DNA of 64,000 nt from Patescibacteria group bacterium (GCA_038064595.1 JBBTSV010000009.1:8769-72768); one strand, 5' to 3'. Shown: positions 17,793 to 28,084, counted from the first letter of the stretch. Notes: generated by a model not told the origin, from the sequence alone. Numbers and translations are program-made.

Positions 17793-18656
17793 TTATTTCT
17801 TTCCCGACGCTTCGGTCGGGACCCCGACCCCTTGGCGTCGGGGCTTATTCTTCGCATGCAGTGCTTGAAGCGCTTTCCCGGCTGCCTCACGGTAAGTGCA
17901 ATGCTCGCAGGGGCCGCCGCCAAAGGAGGTTCCTATCTTAGGGATCTCGTCACTCATGAGCATTGCCTTTAGGTCATACACCGCCCCCTCGACCCATGCA
18001 TCGCTTCCGGTATACGCTATGAGTTCGACGTCAAACTCGAGCTTCCCGTCAAAAGCCTCGGCATCTGCCTTCCCGTTCACGTAGACAAAGTAGGCCGTCG
18101 GCGAAACGCTGAAGCCATTTTTGCGAAAGAGCCACTGATAGATCTCGAGCTGGCGCTTGTACGCATCGTAAAGGTCGTCCTCGGTTGAAGGGCCGACCTT
18201 CTTACTGGTCGCTTTATAGTCGGCGATGATGAGCTCGCCGGTGGGCGTCACCCAGACGTCGTCGATCCCTCCGCGCACAAGAATGTTAGTCGGCTCATGG
18301 AGATGGCTTATCCCGCGCCGGAGCGCATCACGCCACTCCTCCATCCGCTCGTCAGCAAAAGGGACAGCATCGAGCCCGTATTTCTGGAGCAAAGGATGTC
18401 TGGTCTTGTGGGCGCGATGGATGTCAAACTCACGCTTCAGGAGCTCATCGACCGCGTTGTTGAGAGTGAAAGAAGGCATCGAGGGGCGCTTCACCCCGAG
18501 CCGCATATCGAGGTAGGCACAGCGCGGACACTCGACAAAGAGGTCGATCTTGGAGCGACTCACCTTAAAGGGCTCCGGTGAAGCGGGGTCAAAGGTACTG
18601 CTTTTGCGGGTGAAGGCCATGTTAGGAAAGGGTGAGCGCGTCGGTGAAGTATGCAT
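17793..18656 (-). CDS. PD-(D/E)XK nuclease, Cas4/RecB-like with four Cys (putative Fe-S cluster)
   Basis: N-terminal FVECPRCAYL, IADYKATSK (D-x-K), C-terminal GGGPCEHCTYREA. The C-terminal tail RRQGVGVPTEASGKK is encoded by E2 element copy 2. Confidence 0.65.
   Translation of the reverse strand: MHTSPTRSPFPNMAFTRKSSTFDPASPEPFKVSRSKIDLFVECPRCAYLDMRLGVKRPSMPSFTLNNAVDELLKREFDIHRAHKTRHPLLQKYGLDAVPFADERMEEWRDALRRGISHLHEPTNILVRGGIDDVWVTPTGELIIADYKATSKKVGPSTEDDLYDAYKRQLEIYQWLFRKNGFSVSPTAYFVYVNGKADAEAFDGKLEFDVELIAYTGSDAWVEGAVYDLKAMLMSDEIPKIGTSFGGGPCEHCTYREAAGKALQALHAKNKPRRQGVGVPTEASGKK
17802..17844. repeat. E2 nested-palindrome element copy 2, forming the C-terminal tail of the Cas4-like gene
   Basis: tcccgacgcttcggtcgggaccccgaccccttggcgtcggggc. 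Confidence 0.85.
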
Positions 18657-20484
18657 CGTACCACGCCGCGAGCATCATGAGGATAAAAATCTTGCGGGCG
18701 TTGTTACGCGCGCCTGAGACGTGGTCCTGGATGAGCTTGCGCACGATAGTCATATCAAAATGCTGCGCGAGAAAGGGGTGGTTCACCAGAGGTCCCTGCC
18801 AGTCGGTGCGTTCCTTGAGCCACGCGGCAAGCGGGATCGGGAAGCCGAGCTTTTTCCGCTTCTGGGTGGTCGGCGGGACAAAGGCCTTGGCGGCCTTGCG
18901 CAAGAGGTACTTGGCATTCTCTACCGTGCCGTCCTGATAGCGTAGACGATCAGGGATCGTACGGGCAAAGTTGGCCACCTTCATGTCGAGAAAGGGAACC
19001 CGCAGCTCAAGCGAGTGCGCCATGGTCATCTTGTCGGCCTTCGCGAGGATATCGCCGGGGAGCCAGAGGTGCATATCGGCATACTGCATCTGGGTCGGCT
19101 CTGACCATCTCTGGACCTTCGCATAGAACGGATGCAGGTCGATACGTTTGTGAGGTGTACCCTTCCAGATCTTCCGTGCATCAGCGTCAGAAAAGATGTA
19201 GGCGTTCCCGATATAGCGTTCCGCGAGCGGCTTGCCGTAGCGCTTTAGAAAGTTGAGGCCGCGCAGAGAAAACGGGAGGCGGCCAAGCCAGAGCAACGGG
19301 ACGCGCAGCAGTGCCGGTAAACGTGCGAACGTGGCAAAGGAGTAGGGCTCGCGGTAAATCCCGTACCCGCCAAAGAGTTCGTCTGCTCCCTCGCCGGAGA
19401 GCACCACCTTCACGTGCTTGTGTGCCTCGCGCGCGAGGAAGTAGAGTGCGATGGCGGCCGGGTCAGCCACCGGCTCGTCAAAGTGCCACGCAATCTTCGG
19501 TAACATTTTGAAATATTCATCGGGGTCAAGCACGATCTCCGTGTGCGTTGTGTGAAGTGCGTCAGACTGCTCGCGCGCCTCGGCAAACTCATTGATCTCT
19601 TTTGACCCGATGGTGAAGGTCTTCAACTCTCCGGTGGGGTGCACCGCGCGGATGGCACCCACGATCAGCGCGCTATCGACGCCGCCGGAGAGGAAGGCTC
19701 CCAGCGGCACGTCGCTGATAAGATGATGTGCGACCGAGTCCTGTAGAATCTCCTCCAGCTCTTTGGTCGCTGTTCCCTCCTCCATGTGCCCATTCTCTTC
19801 AAAGCGATAATCCCAGTAGGTGGTGGCCTCGGCCTTACCGCTCGCCGCGTCGATCATGAGGTAGGTCGCCGGTGGGAGACGGTAGATCCCCTTGAAGAGA
19901 GTCTCGGGGAGCGGGTTGTACTGAAATGAGAGGTATTGGTAAATCGCCGCTTCATTCACCACCTTCTCAAAACCAGGATAGGTGAGTAAGCTCTTCACCT
20001 CCGAGCCGAGCGCACGTATCTTTCCTTCTTGTTCCAAGTAGTAGAGCGGCTTAATGCCAAAGGGGTCGCGCGCCGCCATCACCGTACCCTTTTTCATATC
20101 GTAGAGAAAGAAGGTGAACATCCCGCGCAGGAGCTTGACCACATCGGCGCCGCGCTCCTCGTACAGGTGGAGAATGACCTCCGTGTCACTCTCGGTCTTA
20201 AAGGTGTGTCCGCGCTCGAGGAGGCCGGTGCGGAGCTCGCGGTAGTTGTAGATTTCGCCATTGAAGACGATGAGGAGTGAACCGTCTTGTGAAGTGATCG
20301 GTTGCTTGCCGCCCGCAACGTCGATGATACTCAAGCGCCGCATCCCGAGCGCGACCGCCGGGTCAACGAAGGTGCCGCTATCGTCGGGGCCACGGTGTAT
20401 AATGCGCTCCAGCATCAGATCAAGCGCCTCCTGGGCCCCCTTTTTGCCCCCCACGGGGTGAATGATGCCAGCAATACCACACAT
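18622..20484 (-). CDS. asnB: Asparagine synthetase (glutamine-hydrolysing)
   Basis: MCGIAGI N-terminal nucleophile Cys; SGGVDS PP-loop motif (FLSGGVDSALIV). Confidence 0.9.
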   Translation of the reverse strand: MCGIAGIIHPVGGKKGAQEALDLMLERIIHRGPDDSGTFVDPAVALGMRRLSIIDVAGGKQPITSQDGSLLIVFNGEIYNYRELRTGLLERGHTFKTESDTEVILHLYEERGADVVKLLRGMFTFFLYDMKKGTVMAARDPFGIKPLYYLEQEGKIRALGSEVKSLLTYPGFEKVVNEAAIYQYLSFQYNPLPETLFKGIYRLPPATYLMIDAASGKAEATTYWDYRFEENGHMEEGTATKELEEILQDSVAHHLISDVPLGAFLSGGVDSALIVGAIRAVHPTGELKTFTIGSKEINEFAEAREQSDALHTTHTEIVLDPDEYFKMLPKIAWHFDEPVADPAAIALYFLAREAHKHVKVVLSGEGADELFGGYGIYREPYSFATFARLPALLRVPLLWLGRLPFSLRGLNFLKRYGKPLAERYIGNAYIFSDADARKIWKGTPHKRIDLHPFYAKVQRWSEPTQMQYADMHLWLPGDILAKADKMTMAHSLELRVPFLDMKVANFARTIPDRLRYQDGTVENAKYLLRKAAKAFVPPTTQKRKKLGFPIPLAAWLKERTDWQGPLVNHPFLAQHFDMTIVRKLIQDHVSGARNNARKIFILMMLAAWYDAYFTDALTLS

Positions 20485-20504
20485 ATTGAACTACTATACC
20501 ACGC

Positions 20505-21782
20505 ATGGAAAAACTCCTTAAAACGGCCAAGAAATTCATCCCGCACTGGCTTTTTACTACCCTCCAGCCGGCCTATCACTACCTCCTCGCCGCGGTCGGT
20601 GCGGTGCGCTTTGGGTTCCCGTCACGGAAACTCTGTGTGGTCGGCGTCACCGGAACCAATGGCAAGACAACAACGGCTACCCTGCTCTATCGCGTCGCAA
20701 CTGCGCTTGGTTATAAGGCAGGTCTTATTTCTACCGTGGAGAACATTATTGCGGGCACCGTGGTTCCCACTAACCACACGACCCCCGACCCGATCTCGCT
20801 CAACAGAACCTTGCGAGACATGGTTGACGCAGGCTGCACTCACGTCTTTATGGAGGTGTCATCACACGCACTGCATCAGAACCGTGTGATGGGCGTACGA
20901 TTTGCTGGAGGGATATTTACCAATATCACACACGACCATCTCGACTATCACAAAACTTTTGAGAACTATTTTCGGGCAAAGAAAAAATTCTTTGAGATGC
21001 TCCCCAAGGGCGCCTTTGCTCTCTCCAACACCGACGCGAAGCACGGAGACACGATGCTTGAACACATCGACGCCACGCCCTACTCGTACGGCTTCCAAGG
21101 GAGCGAGAACTTCCATGGTGAAATAGTGGAGGTTAGCGTTCATGGATTGCGCCTTGTCTTTAATGGCGTCGCGGTGAGTGCCAAACTCCTCGGCACCTTC
21201 AATGCCTACAATCTTCTCGCGGTGTGGAGCGCGTGCCAGTTACTCGGTTTCGACGGAGAGAAGGTCACGGAAATTTTGAAAGATATAGAACCCCCGACGG
21301 GACGCTTTGAGCACTTCATGTCGCCCTTGGGCGTGATGGTGATCGTTGACTACGCCCACACGCCTGACGCTCTAGAGAACGTGCTCCGCACGATACGAAC
21401 CTCGTTTACAGGTGCACGAGTGATTTCTATCTTTGGGTGCGGCGGTGATCGCGACCCGATGAAGCGTAAACTGATGGGAGAGATTGGCACACGACTCTCC
21501 GACATCGCCATATTCACCTCCGACAATCCGCGAAGCGAGGATCCCGAAAAGATTCTTGACCAGATGGAGAGCACGCTCTCCGAGGCAGAGCGAGAGAAAG
21601 TGACTCGCATCGCCGATCGTCGTGCGGCGATCGCGCACGCGCTGGAAATAGCTCGCAAGGGCGAAATCGTGCTGTGCGCCGGCAAGGGGCACGAAGACTA
21701 TCAGGAGATCAGGGGCGAGAGGCACCACTTCAACGACGCTGAAGAGTTCAAGAAGCTTTTTGTAAAGAACGTAGGCCCGTAA
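20505..21782 (+). CDS. murE: UDP-N-acetylmuramoyl-tripeptide synthetase (MurE-like Mur ligase)
   Basis: VVGVTGTNGKTTTATLL P-loop, DNPRSEDP motif, three-domain Mur ligase length. Confidence 0.8.
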   Translation: MEKLLKTAKKFIPHWLFTTLQPAYHYLLAAVGAVRFGFPSRKLCVVGVTGTNGKTTTATLLYRVATALGYKAGLISTVENIIAGTVVPTNHTTPDPISLNRTLRDMVDAGCTHVFMEVSSHALHQNRVMGVRFAGGIFTNITHDHLDYHKTFENYFRAKKKFFEMLPKGAFALSNTDAKHGDTMLEHIDATPYSYGFQGSENFHGEIVEVSVHGLRLVFNGVAVSAKLLGTFNAYNLLAVWSACQLLGFDGEKVTEILKDIEPPTGRFEHFMSPLGVMVIVDYAHTPDALENVLRTIRTSFTGARVISIFGCGGDRDPMKRKLMGEIGTRLSDIAIFTSDNPRSEDPEKILDQMESTLSEAEREKVTRIADRRAAIAHALEIARKGEIVLCAGKGHEDYQEIRGERHHFNDAEEFKKLFVKNVGP

Positions 21783-21809
21783 AGATAAGCTGAAATATAT
21801 GGCGAGTAA

Positions 21810-22649
21810 CTAGCCCTCGAGGAGGCTGGTTGCTTCGGCGAGAATTTCGCCGACCCGTTCACTCGAGAGGTGGAGTACATCGAGACGCGTCCGATCTTCA
21901 ACCAATTCGTCGACCGCGATGGTTCCATGCTCAATCAACATCCGCTTCTCGGCGAGTGAGAAATTCGTGAGCGCAGTTATGGGATAGACTTTTGTGCGAG
22001 ACATCTGCATGTACAGTGTGTTGTCGAGAGGATACCCCCACCCCAAGAGCTCAACTCCCGAGCACTGTGCATAGGCAATCGCCTCCGAAGTAAATTTAGT
22101 ATTGGTGACGAGCATGCCACGATCAATCGGACACTCACGTTTTGTTGGATCGCATGAAAAAATATCGTCAAAACGACTCTTGACATACAGGGCGACCTTG
22201 AGGTCAGTCTTATACCCCGGATCATTATGGTACTTCAGCTCGGCCGCAAGAAATGTGTTTTGGTCTGGATGCGACGCGTAAAAATCAACTTCATGGGCGA
22301 CACACTTCCCTTGGATTATTTTTCGTGTCTCGACCTGCCAGCCCTCTTTTTTAAAAAGGTGAGAGATGAAATCTTCAAATGGGTGTCCTGTCGGCCCAAG
22401 CTCAAGAAGCGCACGGCGGAGCGCGTAGCGGGCGGCGACGGGGCGCGCTTCCCTCCGCAGAAGGGCAAACGCGCGAGAATAAATCTCTCGTGAGGACGCG
22501 CCCGGCAAAACGGTTGTGGTGATAGCACGAGCGATACGTTCAGCGGTATGTGCGCCAGCCCCCGCGCGCTCAAGTGAGACAATGAGCCGTGTTGGATCAA
22601 ACACCTCGTGTGTCCCGTCGGCCTTGACGATGGTAGGAGGTGGGATCAT
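21810..22649 (-). CDS. ATP-cone domain fused to a restriction-endonuclease-like (Mrr-cat-type) domain
   Basis: N-terminal ATP-cone-like IVKADGTHEVFDPTRLIVSLERAG...AERIA. C-terminal region with DFYASHPDQNTFLAAELKYHN, which looks like a PD-(D/E)XK-type D...E-x-K. Confidence 0.5.
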   Translation of the reverse strand: MIPPPTIVKADGTHEVFDPTRLIVSLERAGAGAHTAERIARAITTTVLPGASSREIYSRAFALLRREARPVAARYALRRALLELGPTGHPFEDFISHLFKKEGWQVETRKIIQGKCVAHEVDFYASHPDQNTFLAAELKYHNDPGYKTDLKVALYVKSRFDDIFSCDPTKRECPIDRGMLVTNTKFTSEAIAYAQCSGVELLGWGYPLDNTLYMQMSRTKVYPITALTNFSLAEKRMLIEHGTIAVDELVEDRTRLDVLHLSSERVGEILAEATSLLEG

Positions 22650-23062
22650 GAGCGTGTAGTGCTTGCCGTGACACCGTTGACGGTCACGGTTATCGGCAGC
22701 TCGGCGGGCGCCGCAAGCGTGGTCGAAAAAGAGACTGTCGTAGGGAGTTGGAGACACACTCCCGTATCAGAGGATACGGTAAGGGCAACCTCGATGCTCT
22801 CTGGACTCGTTGAGGCCCCGCGGAGGTATGCCGCAGCGACAATGGTCGTACAAACGGTTGGTACCTCAAGCGAGCCTGAGAGCGTGTGCTGTCCTTTTTG
22901 ATAACTATCGCGAAGCGACACGACTGGGATTATTAGTGCAGCCTGTTTCTCGTCAGAAGGGGGGATGATGTCGCGCGTTGTGTGCGGAACTGAAATCACA
23001 AACCCGCCGACGATAATAACTGCGATGATGGTCGCTGCGACCCATAGTCGTCTCTGATTCAT
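22646..23062 (-). CDS. Hypothetical membrane-anchored or secreted protein (138 aa)
   Basis: N-terminal transmembrane or signal-anchor segment (LWVAATIIAVIIVGGFVI), followed by a Ser/Thr-rich segment. Confidence 0.4.
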   Translation of the reverse strand: MNQRRLWVAATIIAVIIVGGFVISVPHTTRDIIPPSDEKQAALIIPVVSLRDSYQKGQHTLSGSLEVPTVCTTIVAAAYLRGASTSPESIEVALTVSSDTGVCLQLPTTVSFSTTLAAPAELPITVTVNGVTASTTRS

Positions 23063-23994
23063 GCGGTAATAATACCACCACCCGCGAGCATTCCACGAGC
23101 GGTAAAGAAAACAATCGACTGACCCGGCGTTGGGAGTTCAGGGAGTGTGGTGAGTGCACCAAACGTGTCTCCCTTCACGTGGCCCGCAGAGCGCGGGCCA
23201 CGATAGCGATACTGTGCATCGACCACTTCTTGTGGGTCGGTGAACCAGTTCGCATCGCGGAAGCGGATCGCGGTCACCGTTGATGCGCGCGTCTTGGACA
23301 CCTGCACTTCTCCGGTCTCGACATCCTTACCAACCACATACCACGGCCCCCCTGTCCGAGGGATGCGCTGACCGATGGTGTATAAAAGCGCTGGGTTATC
23401 ACTCCCCAATTCAGCGCGCAAGAACTCTTCAACCGAGACGCTCCCTAGAAAACAGACACCCTGACTATCCTTTTTTTCTGCAACGGGAAGATTGAACTTC
23501 TGTGCAAGCTCACGCACTTTTTCTTTCTCCATCTGGCCGACCGGAAAGAGTGTCGCCTCAAGAACTTCTTTCGGCACTGCCCAGAGAAAGTAACTCTGAT
23601 CTTTCTCACCGGAGCGATAGTGGCCCATCGCGATAGCATCGGCACCCTGTGCCATCGCATAGTGATAGAATGCGCCAAACTTCACTTCCTTATTGCACAT
23701 CACGTCTGGATTGGGAGTACGGCCAGCGCGATACTCGCGCAGCAAGTAATCGATGACACCTTTCTTATATTCTGCACTCGCGTCAAGCGTGAGGAACGGG
23801 ATCTGGAGACGTGCCGCAACGCGCATCGCATCGCGACGCTCCTCTGCCCAGCTGCAGGGCATGCCGGGCGGGTACCAGCCCTTGATAAACACGCCAGTCA
23901 CGTGCGCTCCCGCCTCCTGAAGAAGTGCGGCAGACACCGCCGAGTCCACCCCTCCCGAGAGCCCCACGTATATCTCCTTTCCTTTCACATCCAT
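23059..23994 (-). CDS. mnmA: tRNA-specific 2-thiouridylase
   Basis: IYVGLSGGVDSAVSAALL PP-loop; catalytic Cys-containing motifs of MnmA. Confidence 0.9.
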   Translation of the reverse strand: MDVKGKEIYVGLSGGVDSAVSAALLQEAGAHVTGVFIKGWYPPGMPCSWAEERRDAMRVAARLQIPFLTLDASAEYKKGVIDYLLREYRAGRTPNPDVMCNKEVKFGAFYHYAMAQGADAIAMGHYRSGEKDQSYFLWAVPKEVLEATLFPVGQMEKEKVRELAQKFNLPVAEKKDSQGVCFLGSVSVEEFLRAELGSDNPALLYTIGQRIPRTGGPWYVVGKDVETGEVQVSKTRASTVTAIRFRDANWFTDPQEVVDAQYRYRGPRSAGHVKGDTFGALTTLPELPTPGQSIVFFTARGMLAGGGIITA

Positions 23995-24026
23995 TGAGAC
24001 ATCTAATCATGCTTCCCGTTTGGTAG

Positions 24027-24986
24027 CTATCGTGAGAGATATTTGGCTTGATTGGCCTGGTGGCCTGCGTAAGTAGCGGCGTAACGCATCACGCCGTCGC
24101 GGTCGGTGAGGTAGTAGAGGTAGGGGGTTTTCGTCGGGTGGAGCGCCGCCTCGATGCTCTCAAGTCCTGGGTTACAGATGGGTCCCGGCGGGAGCCCCCG
24201 ATAGAGGTAGGTGTTATACGGTGAGTCGACTTTGAGGTCCTCATACGAGGGCGAGTATGTGGGGCGCGCAAAAATATACCCAAAGACAGCGTCGACCTGA
24301 AGCGGCATGTCAATCAAGAGGCGGCGCCAGAGAATCCCGGAGATGACGCGCTTGGTCTCAAGGGTGCGCGCCTCCCGCTCAAGGAGCGACGCCATGATGA
24401 CAATGTCGGAAAGGCGGCGACCCGACGCGCGAATCTCGGCGGCATAGGGCGCGATCTTGGCGTCGAAGGTGGTGCGCATTGCCTGTACCACGGAATCTGC
24501 ATCAGCTCCGGGCGGGAAAATATAGGTATCGGGAAAGAGGTATCCCTCATACTCTTTTCCTGCCACCCTCACCTCTTCAGCAGAGATCTCCGGAAGCGCA
24601 TCGGCAACTCGGTCCGCGATCTCACGCACCGTGAGTCCTTCAAAGATCGTGATTCGTGCAGGGGGTATCCCGTAGTCGCCGTGTCCAAGTCGCCACGCAA
24701 TCAAGAGGCTACTCTGCGGTTTTGAAAAGTTGTAGGCCCCCGCCTGCACGGTCGTAGCCGACCCAAAGAGACGAAGCACATAGGGGAAGAGGCTCTCATG
24801 GCGAATGAGGCGGGCGGCAGCGAGCTTCTGTGCAATTACCGGAGCGGGATCCCCTTTTTTAACGACAAAGATCTCTCCCGTAGGGAACGCAGTCGGCGAC
24901 CCAAAGAGATACGCATAGCTCAACAGGCAGAAAAGAACGACCACGCCCGCTACCGCCCACCGCTTGTGTCCTAGAATGTGCCGCAT
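24027..24986 (-). CDS. mltG: Endolytic murein transglycosylase (YceG/MltG)
   Basis: N-terminal transmembrane helix; YceG-like domain with C-terminal YLYYLTDRDG...YAATYAGHQAN. Confidence 0.85.
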   Translation of the reverse strand: MRHILGHKRWAVAGVVVLFCLLSYAYLFGSPTAFPTGEIFVVKKGDPAPVIAQKLAAARLIRHESLFPYVLRLFGSATTVQAGAYNFSKPQSSLLIAWRLGHGDYGIPPARITIFEGLTVREIADRVADALPEISAEEVRVAGKEYEGYLFPDTYIFPPGADADSVVQAMRTTFDAKIAPYAAEIRASGRRLSDIVIMASLLEREARTLETKRVISGILWRRLLIDMPLQVDAVFGYIFARPTYSPSYEDLKVDSPYNTYLYRGLPPGPICNPGLESIEAALHPTKTPYLYYLTDRDGVMRYAATYAGHQANQAKYLSR

Positions 24987-24995
24987 GCCCGTGTA

Positions 24996-26405
24996 TTAAA
25001 TAGGGAGATCGGTTGGTGCGTCGCCGGTTGCCGAATGGACGCGATTAAGCCCCGGCGTCTCCACCGAGCGCGAGGGGATATGAAAAATGGTCGCAAGCTC
25101 TTCGGTACTCATCACCATAAGTTCATGCATTTTGAGCCCACCCTCAAAAAAGGGGTCGTAAAAGAATTGCCGGCGACGGTACGCCTCAACAAGCTCGTGC
25201 CGGAATTCATTCTTACGCTTCTCGACGCCGATTTCCCACGGATAATCGTCAAATTTTTTCATCCAGTTGGTCGAATTGATACCGTTCCACCCCTCGGTCG
25301 AGAAAGGCTTGAAGAGTGCGATCATATGCGCAATGGTAGGACCGTAGAAATTCTCGGGGCGGGCGAGATAGATGCAGCGCGCACCGACATCAAAACCCAG
25401 TTTGGAGACATTCCGGTCAATAGCAGCCATCTTCTCAAGTTGTCCCTTTGTCGGGTTCGGGAATCCAGGGCGTTCCTCTCCTGTCACAATGTCGATATAG
25501 GTATCACGAGTCGTTTCTCGAATTTTCATTATGAGCTCCTTGGCCTGATCCTTCCAGGTGTAGACCTTTCCTTCGGTATTGAGCTTCCCGTATTTCTCGC
25601 CCTTGTGGGCGCGAATAACAAACTGGAGCCAGAGATACTCCCCTTTTCCGACTGACGCCATAAACTCGATGAGGTTAGCGAGCGGGTCCGTCTGTTCCGG
25701 CTCTTTCTGAACCTTATCGAGCCCATACTCAACGTACGTTTTAATAGGAAGCGCGTCGTTGTCGGCGGTGTGTTTAAAATCACAGCCCCAGATGCTCCAT
25801 TCATGAGACGGTGCATTCAGCATGCGGGTGTAGTCGGGTGCCTCGATGATCTGCATCCCGGGGTACTGTGCGTAGAGCTGGCTCTCGACGAGGCGTCGAA
25901 GCTCTGCGCGTCCCCAGATAAAGAAATGTACTTCACCTTCAAATGAGGCTATCTCGAGTGAGAAGTAGGGGCGGATGCCTCCCTGGAAGCGCTGCCACCA
26001 CGTCGACTCCCCGCCCGTGAGGTGAAGGGTCGAGAGAAAGGCCTCCATAGCAAGCGGGGTCTTGACTAGGGTGCGCGGCGGCTTGAGCTCAAGAAGGATG
26101 TAGTTCTTCTTGGCAATAAATTCTGAGCGTTTCAAGATATACCACAGATGGTACGCACTCCCGACCAGAAGGATAGGGAGCCACATGGGTGCGAGCCAGA
26201 ACGCTATCGCCAGTGCCTCTGACACCGTCGCAGGCATAAAAACAAATGCCATGAGGAGTACCGAGAGACCGAGGAGCAGAACCGGCCATTTCTCAAAACG
26301 GAGGCCAATCCGGTTATTAAGGTCTTTTTGTATCGCCTCAAGCTGGTGCAGAAATAACATGGATGACTCCAGTATATCAAACAAAGTGCGGTGCCCACCG
26401 GGCAC
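24996..26405 (-). CDS. Hypothetical membrane protein (469 aa; two N-terminal transmembrane helices plus a large soluble domain)
   Basis: ORF with clear hydrophobic helices and good coding periodicity; no recognisable family by eye. Confidence 0.5.
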   Translation of the reverse strand: MPGGHRTLFDILESSMLFLHQLEAIQKDLNNRIGLRFEKWPVLLLGLSVLLMAFVFMPATVSEALAIAFWLAPMWLPILLVGSAYHLWYILKRSEFIAKKNYILLELKPPRTLVKTPLAMEAFLSTLHLTGGESTWWQRFQGGIRPYFSLEIASFEGEVHFFIWGRAELRRLVESQLYAQYPGMQIIEAPDYTRMLNAPSHEWSIWGCDFKHTADNDALPIKTYVEYGLDKVQKEPEQTDPLANLIEFMASVGKGEYLWLQFVIRAHKGEKYGKLNTEGKVYTWKDQAKELIMKIRETTRDTYIDIVTGEERPGFPNPTKGQLEKMAAIDRNVSKLGFDVGARCIYLARPENFYGPTIAHMIALFKPFSTEGWNGINSTNWMKKFDDYPWEIGVEKRKNEFRHELVEAYRRRQFFYDPFFEGGLKMHELMVMSTEELATIFHIPSRSVETPGLNRVHSATGDAPTDLPI

Positions 26406-26432
26406 CGCACTTTGTGTGTCGATATTAGATAT

Positions 26433-27512
26433 CTAAACTGCGACGTAGCGTCCGTCCTTGAGACGTTTGAAATAGCGTGCGTCGTTGAGGTTGACCAAGA
26501 TGGTGTTGTCCTTCACAAACCGTGCACGCTTCACCTGATGAATAATTTCATCCTTTTTCATCGGGCCATTACTCGCCAGTGTCTCGCGGATCACATCGCG
26601 CACGACGCCGGGCTTGTAGCCCCACTCGGTGAGTGCGTAGAGTCCTCGGCCCACGAGTACAAACCGGGGATCCTTGATGAGCTCGTTGTGGGTCGTCGCA
26701 ATGTGCGCCTTCTTGGAGAAGAGCGAGCCGATGGTCTTGGCAACGGTGGAGAAGTGCATCGGTTCGCCATGGCGCTTCACGGCGAGATAGGCATAGTCAC
26801 GGATACCCTTGATGCGAATCGCTGGAGCTGACGCGCGCCCCCACTCAGCGAGCGGATTATTCCCGATGTGCTTTGAGAGTGAGAGCCACCGCTTGAGCAC
26901 CTCTTCATTCTTATACGCATCATTAACCTCTTTGAGTTCCTCGAGAAAACGGTCGAGGAGATCACCCTCGGAGAGGACCTCGTCATCAGAAAGCGAAGCG
27001 TAGAGACGCGAGAGCGCGTCGTGAATATGCTTTGCCGTTGCCTTATCGACGTGCCAGCGGGCAAAAAATTCATTTGTCTCGCGCTCGCGATAAAATGCTG
27101 AATCGAGCATCAAGAAAAAGCGGAAACGGTTGCGCGTCTTCTCGTCTTTCCCAAGAAGCGCGAGCAGCACCTCTTCAGGAACGATTGCGCCAAGCGCGTC
27201 GATGTACGCCGCGAGCTCCGTGAATGAGGCTGCCGCCTCTTTAAACGCCTTGCTCGCACGGACGGCGTCAAGACCTGCGGCCTCGATCTGGCGAACACGC
27301 TCACGGGTCACCCCTGCGTGGTCACCGATCGCCTCAAGAGTTTCGCGGGTCGCCGTGGTACCAAGCCCAAAACGGCGTGTGAGTACTTCGCGTGCCCGAG
27401 TCGGCGCGGCCGCGAGGAGACGCTTGACCAGTGCTGCACTGTCAAACGAAAACGAGGCGGGCGAAGCCGTCTTGGCGGGCATGGGCCGTTTCGATTTAGC
27501 GACCTTCTTCAT
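26433..27512 (-). CDS. Sigma-70 region-4-like HTH protein (359 aa)
   Basis: N-terminal REVLTRRFGLGTTATRETLEAIGDHAGVTRERVRQIEAAGLDAVR, which is canonical sigma-70 region 4. The rest is unassigned. Confidence 0.5.
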   Translation of the reverse strand: MKKVAKSKRPMPAKTASPASFSFDSAALVKRLLAAAPTRAREVLTRRFGLGTTATRETLEAIGDHAGVTRERVRQIEAAGLDAVRASKAFKEAAASFTELAAYIDALGAIVPEEVLLALLGKDEKTRNRFRFFLMLDSAFYRERETNEFFARWHVDKATAKHIHDALSRLYASLSDDEVLSEGDLLDRFLEELKEVNDAYKNEEVLKRWLSLSKHIGNNPLAEWGRASAPAIRIKGIRDYAYLAVKRHGEPMHFSTVAKTIGSLFSKKAHIATTHNELIKDPRFVLVGRGLYALTEWGYKPGVVRDVIRETLASNGPMKKDEIIHQVKRARFVKDNTILVNLNDARYFKRLKDGRYVAV

Positions 27513-27707
27513 GTGGTCTAATATATACCAAATCCCTTACAAGACGTCAATAGGCCGGTTTTTACCCCACCACCCGTATCCACAGGGACTTGCAAAAAGG
27601 GTACATTTCTGGCATATTGTGGTTACTCGCAGAGTATTCGAGCTTCGCTCGGTCGTATACGACCGCAAGTGTTCAGTTTCGGCGAGATTAACCGGTTAGA
27701 TCTACAC

Positions 27708-28073
27708 ATGGACAATCAGCAGGCAGCAGTTCAGGGAAACAAGCTCTACGTAGGCGGTATTCCCTACCGCTCGACCGAGGACGACCTTAAGAAGGCCTTT
27801 GGTGAGGCCGGAAACGTCGTTTCCGCGAGCATTATTAGCGACCGCATGACAGGTCGTTCACGTGGCTTCGGCTTCGTTGAAATGGCATCTGAAGCGGAAG
27901 CTCAAGCAGCTATCGACCGCTGGGATGGCAAAGAGATGGATGGGCGCACGCTCTCCGTCTCCTTTGCTCGCCCGCAAGGTGATCGTCCTCCGCGCCGCGA
28001 CGGCGGTTTTGGGGGCGGTGATCGTGGTGGTTTCGGTGGTGGTCAAGGCGGCTATGGCCGCGGTGGGTACTAA
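27708..28073 (+). CDS. RRM-type RNA-binding protein with Gly-rich (RGG) tail
   Basis: RNP-2 LYVGGIPY and RNP-1 RGFGFVEM motifs; C-terminal GGFGGGDRGGFGGGQGGYGRGGY. Confidence 0.85.
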   Translation: MDNQQAAVQGNKLYVGGIPYRSTEDDLKKAFGEAGNVVSASIISDRMTGRSRGFGFVEMASEAEAQAAIDRWDGKEMDGRTLSVSFARPQGDRPPRRDGGFGGGDRGGFGGGQGGYGRGGY

Positions 28074-28084
28074 CTCACGCCCCA

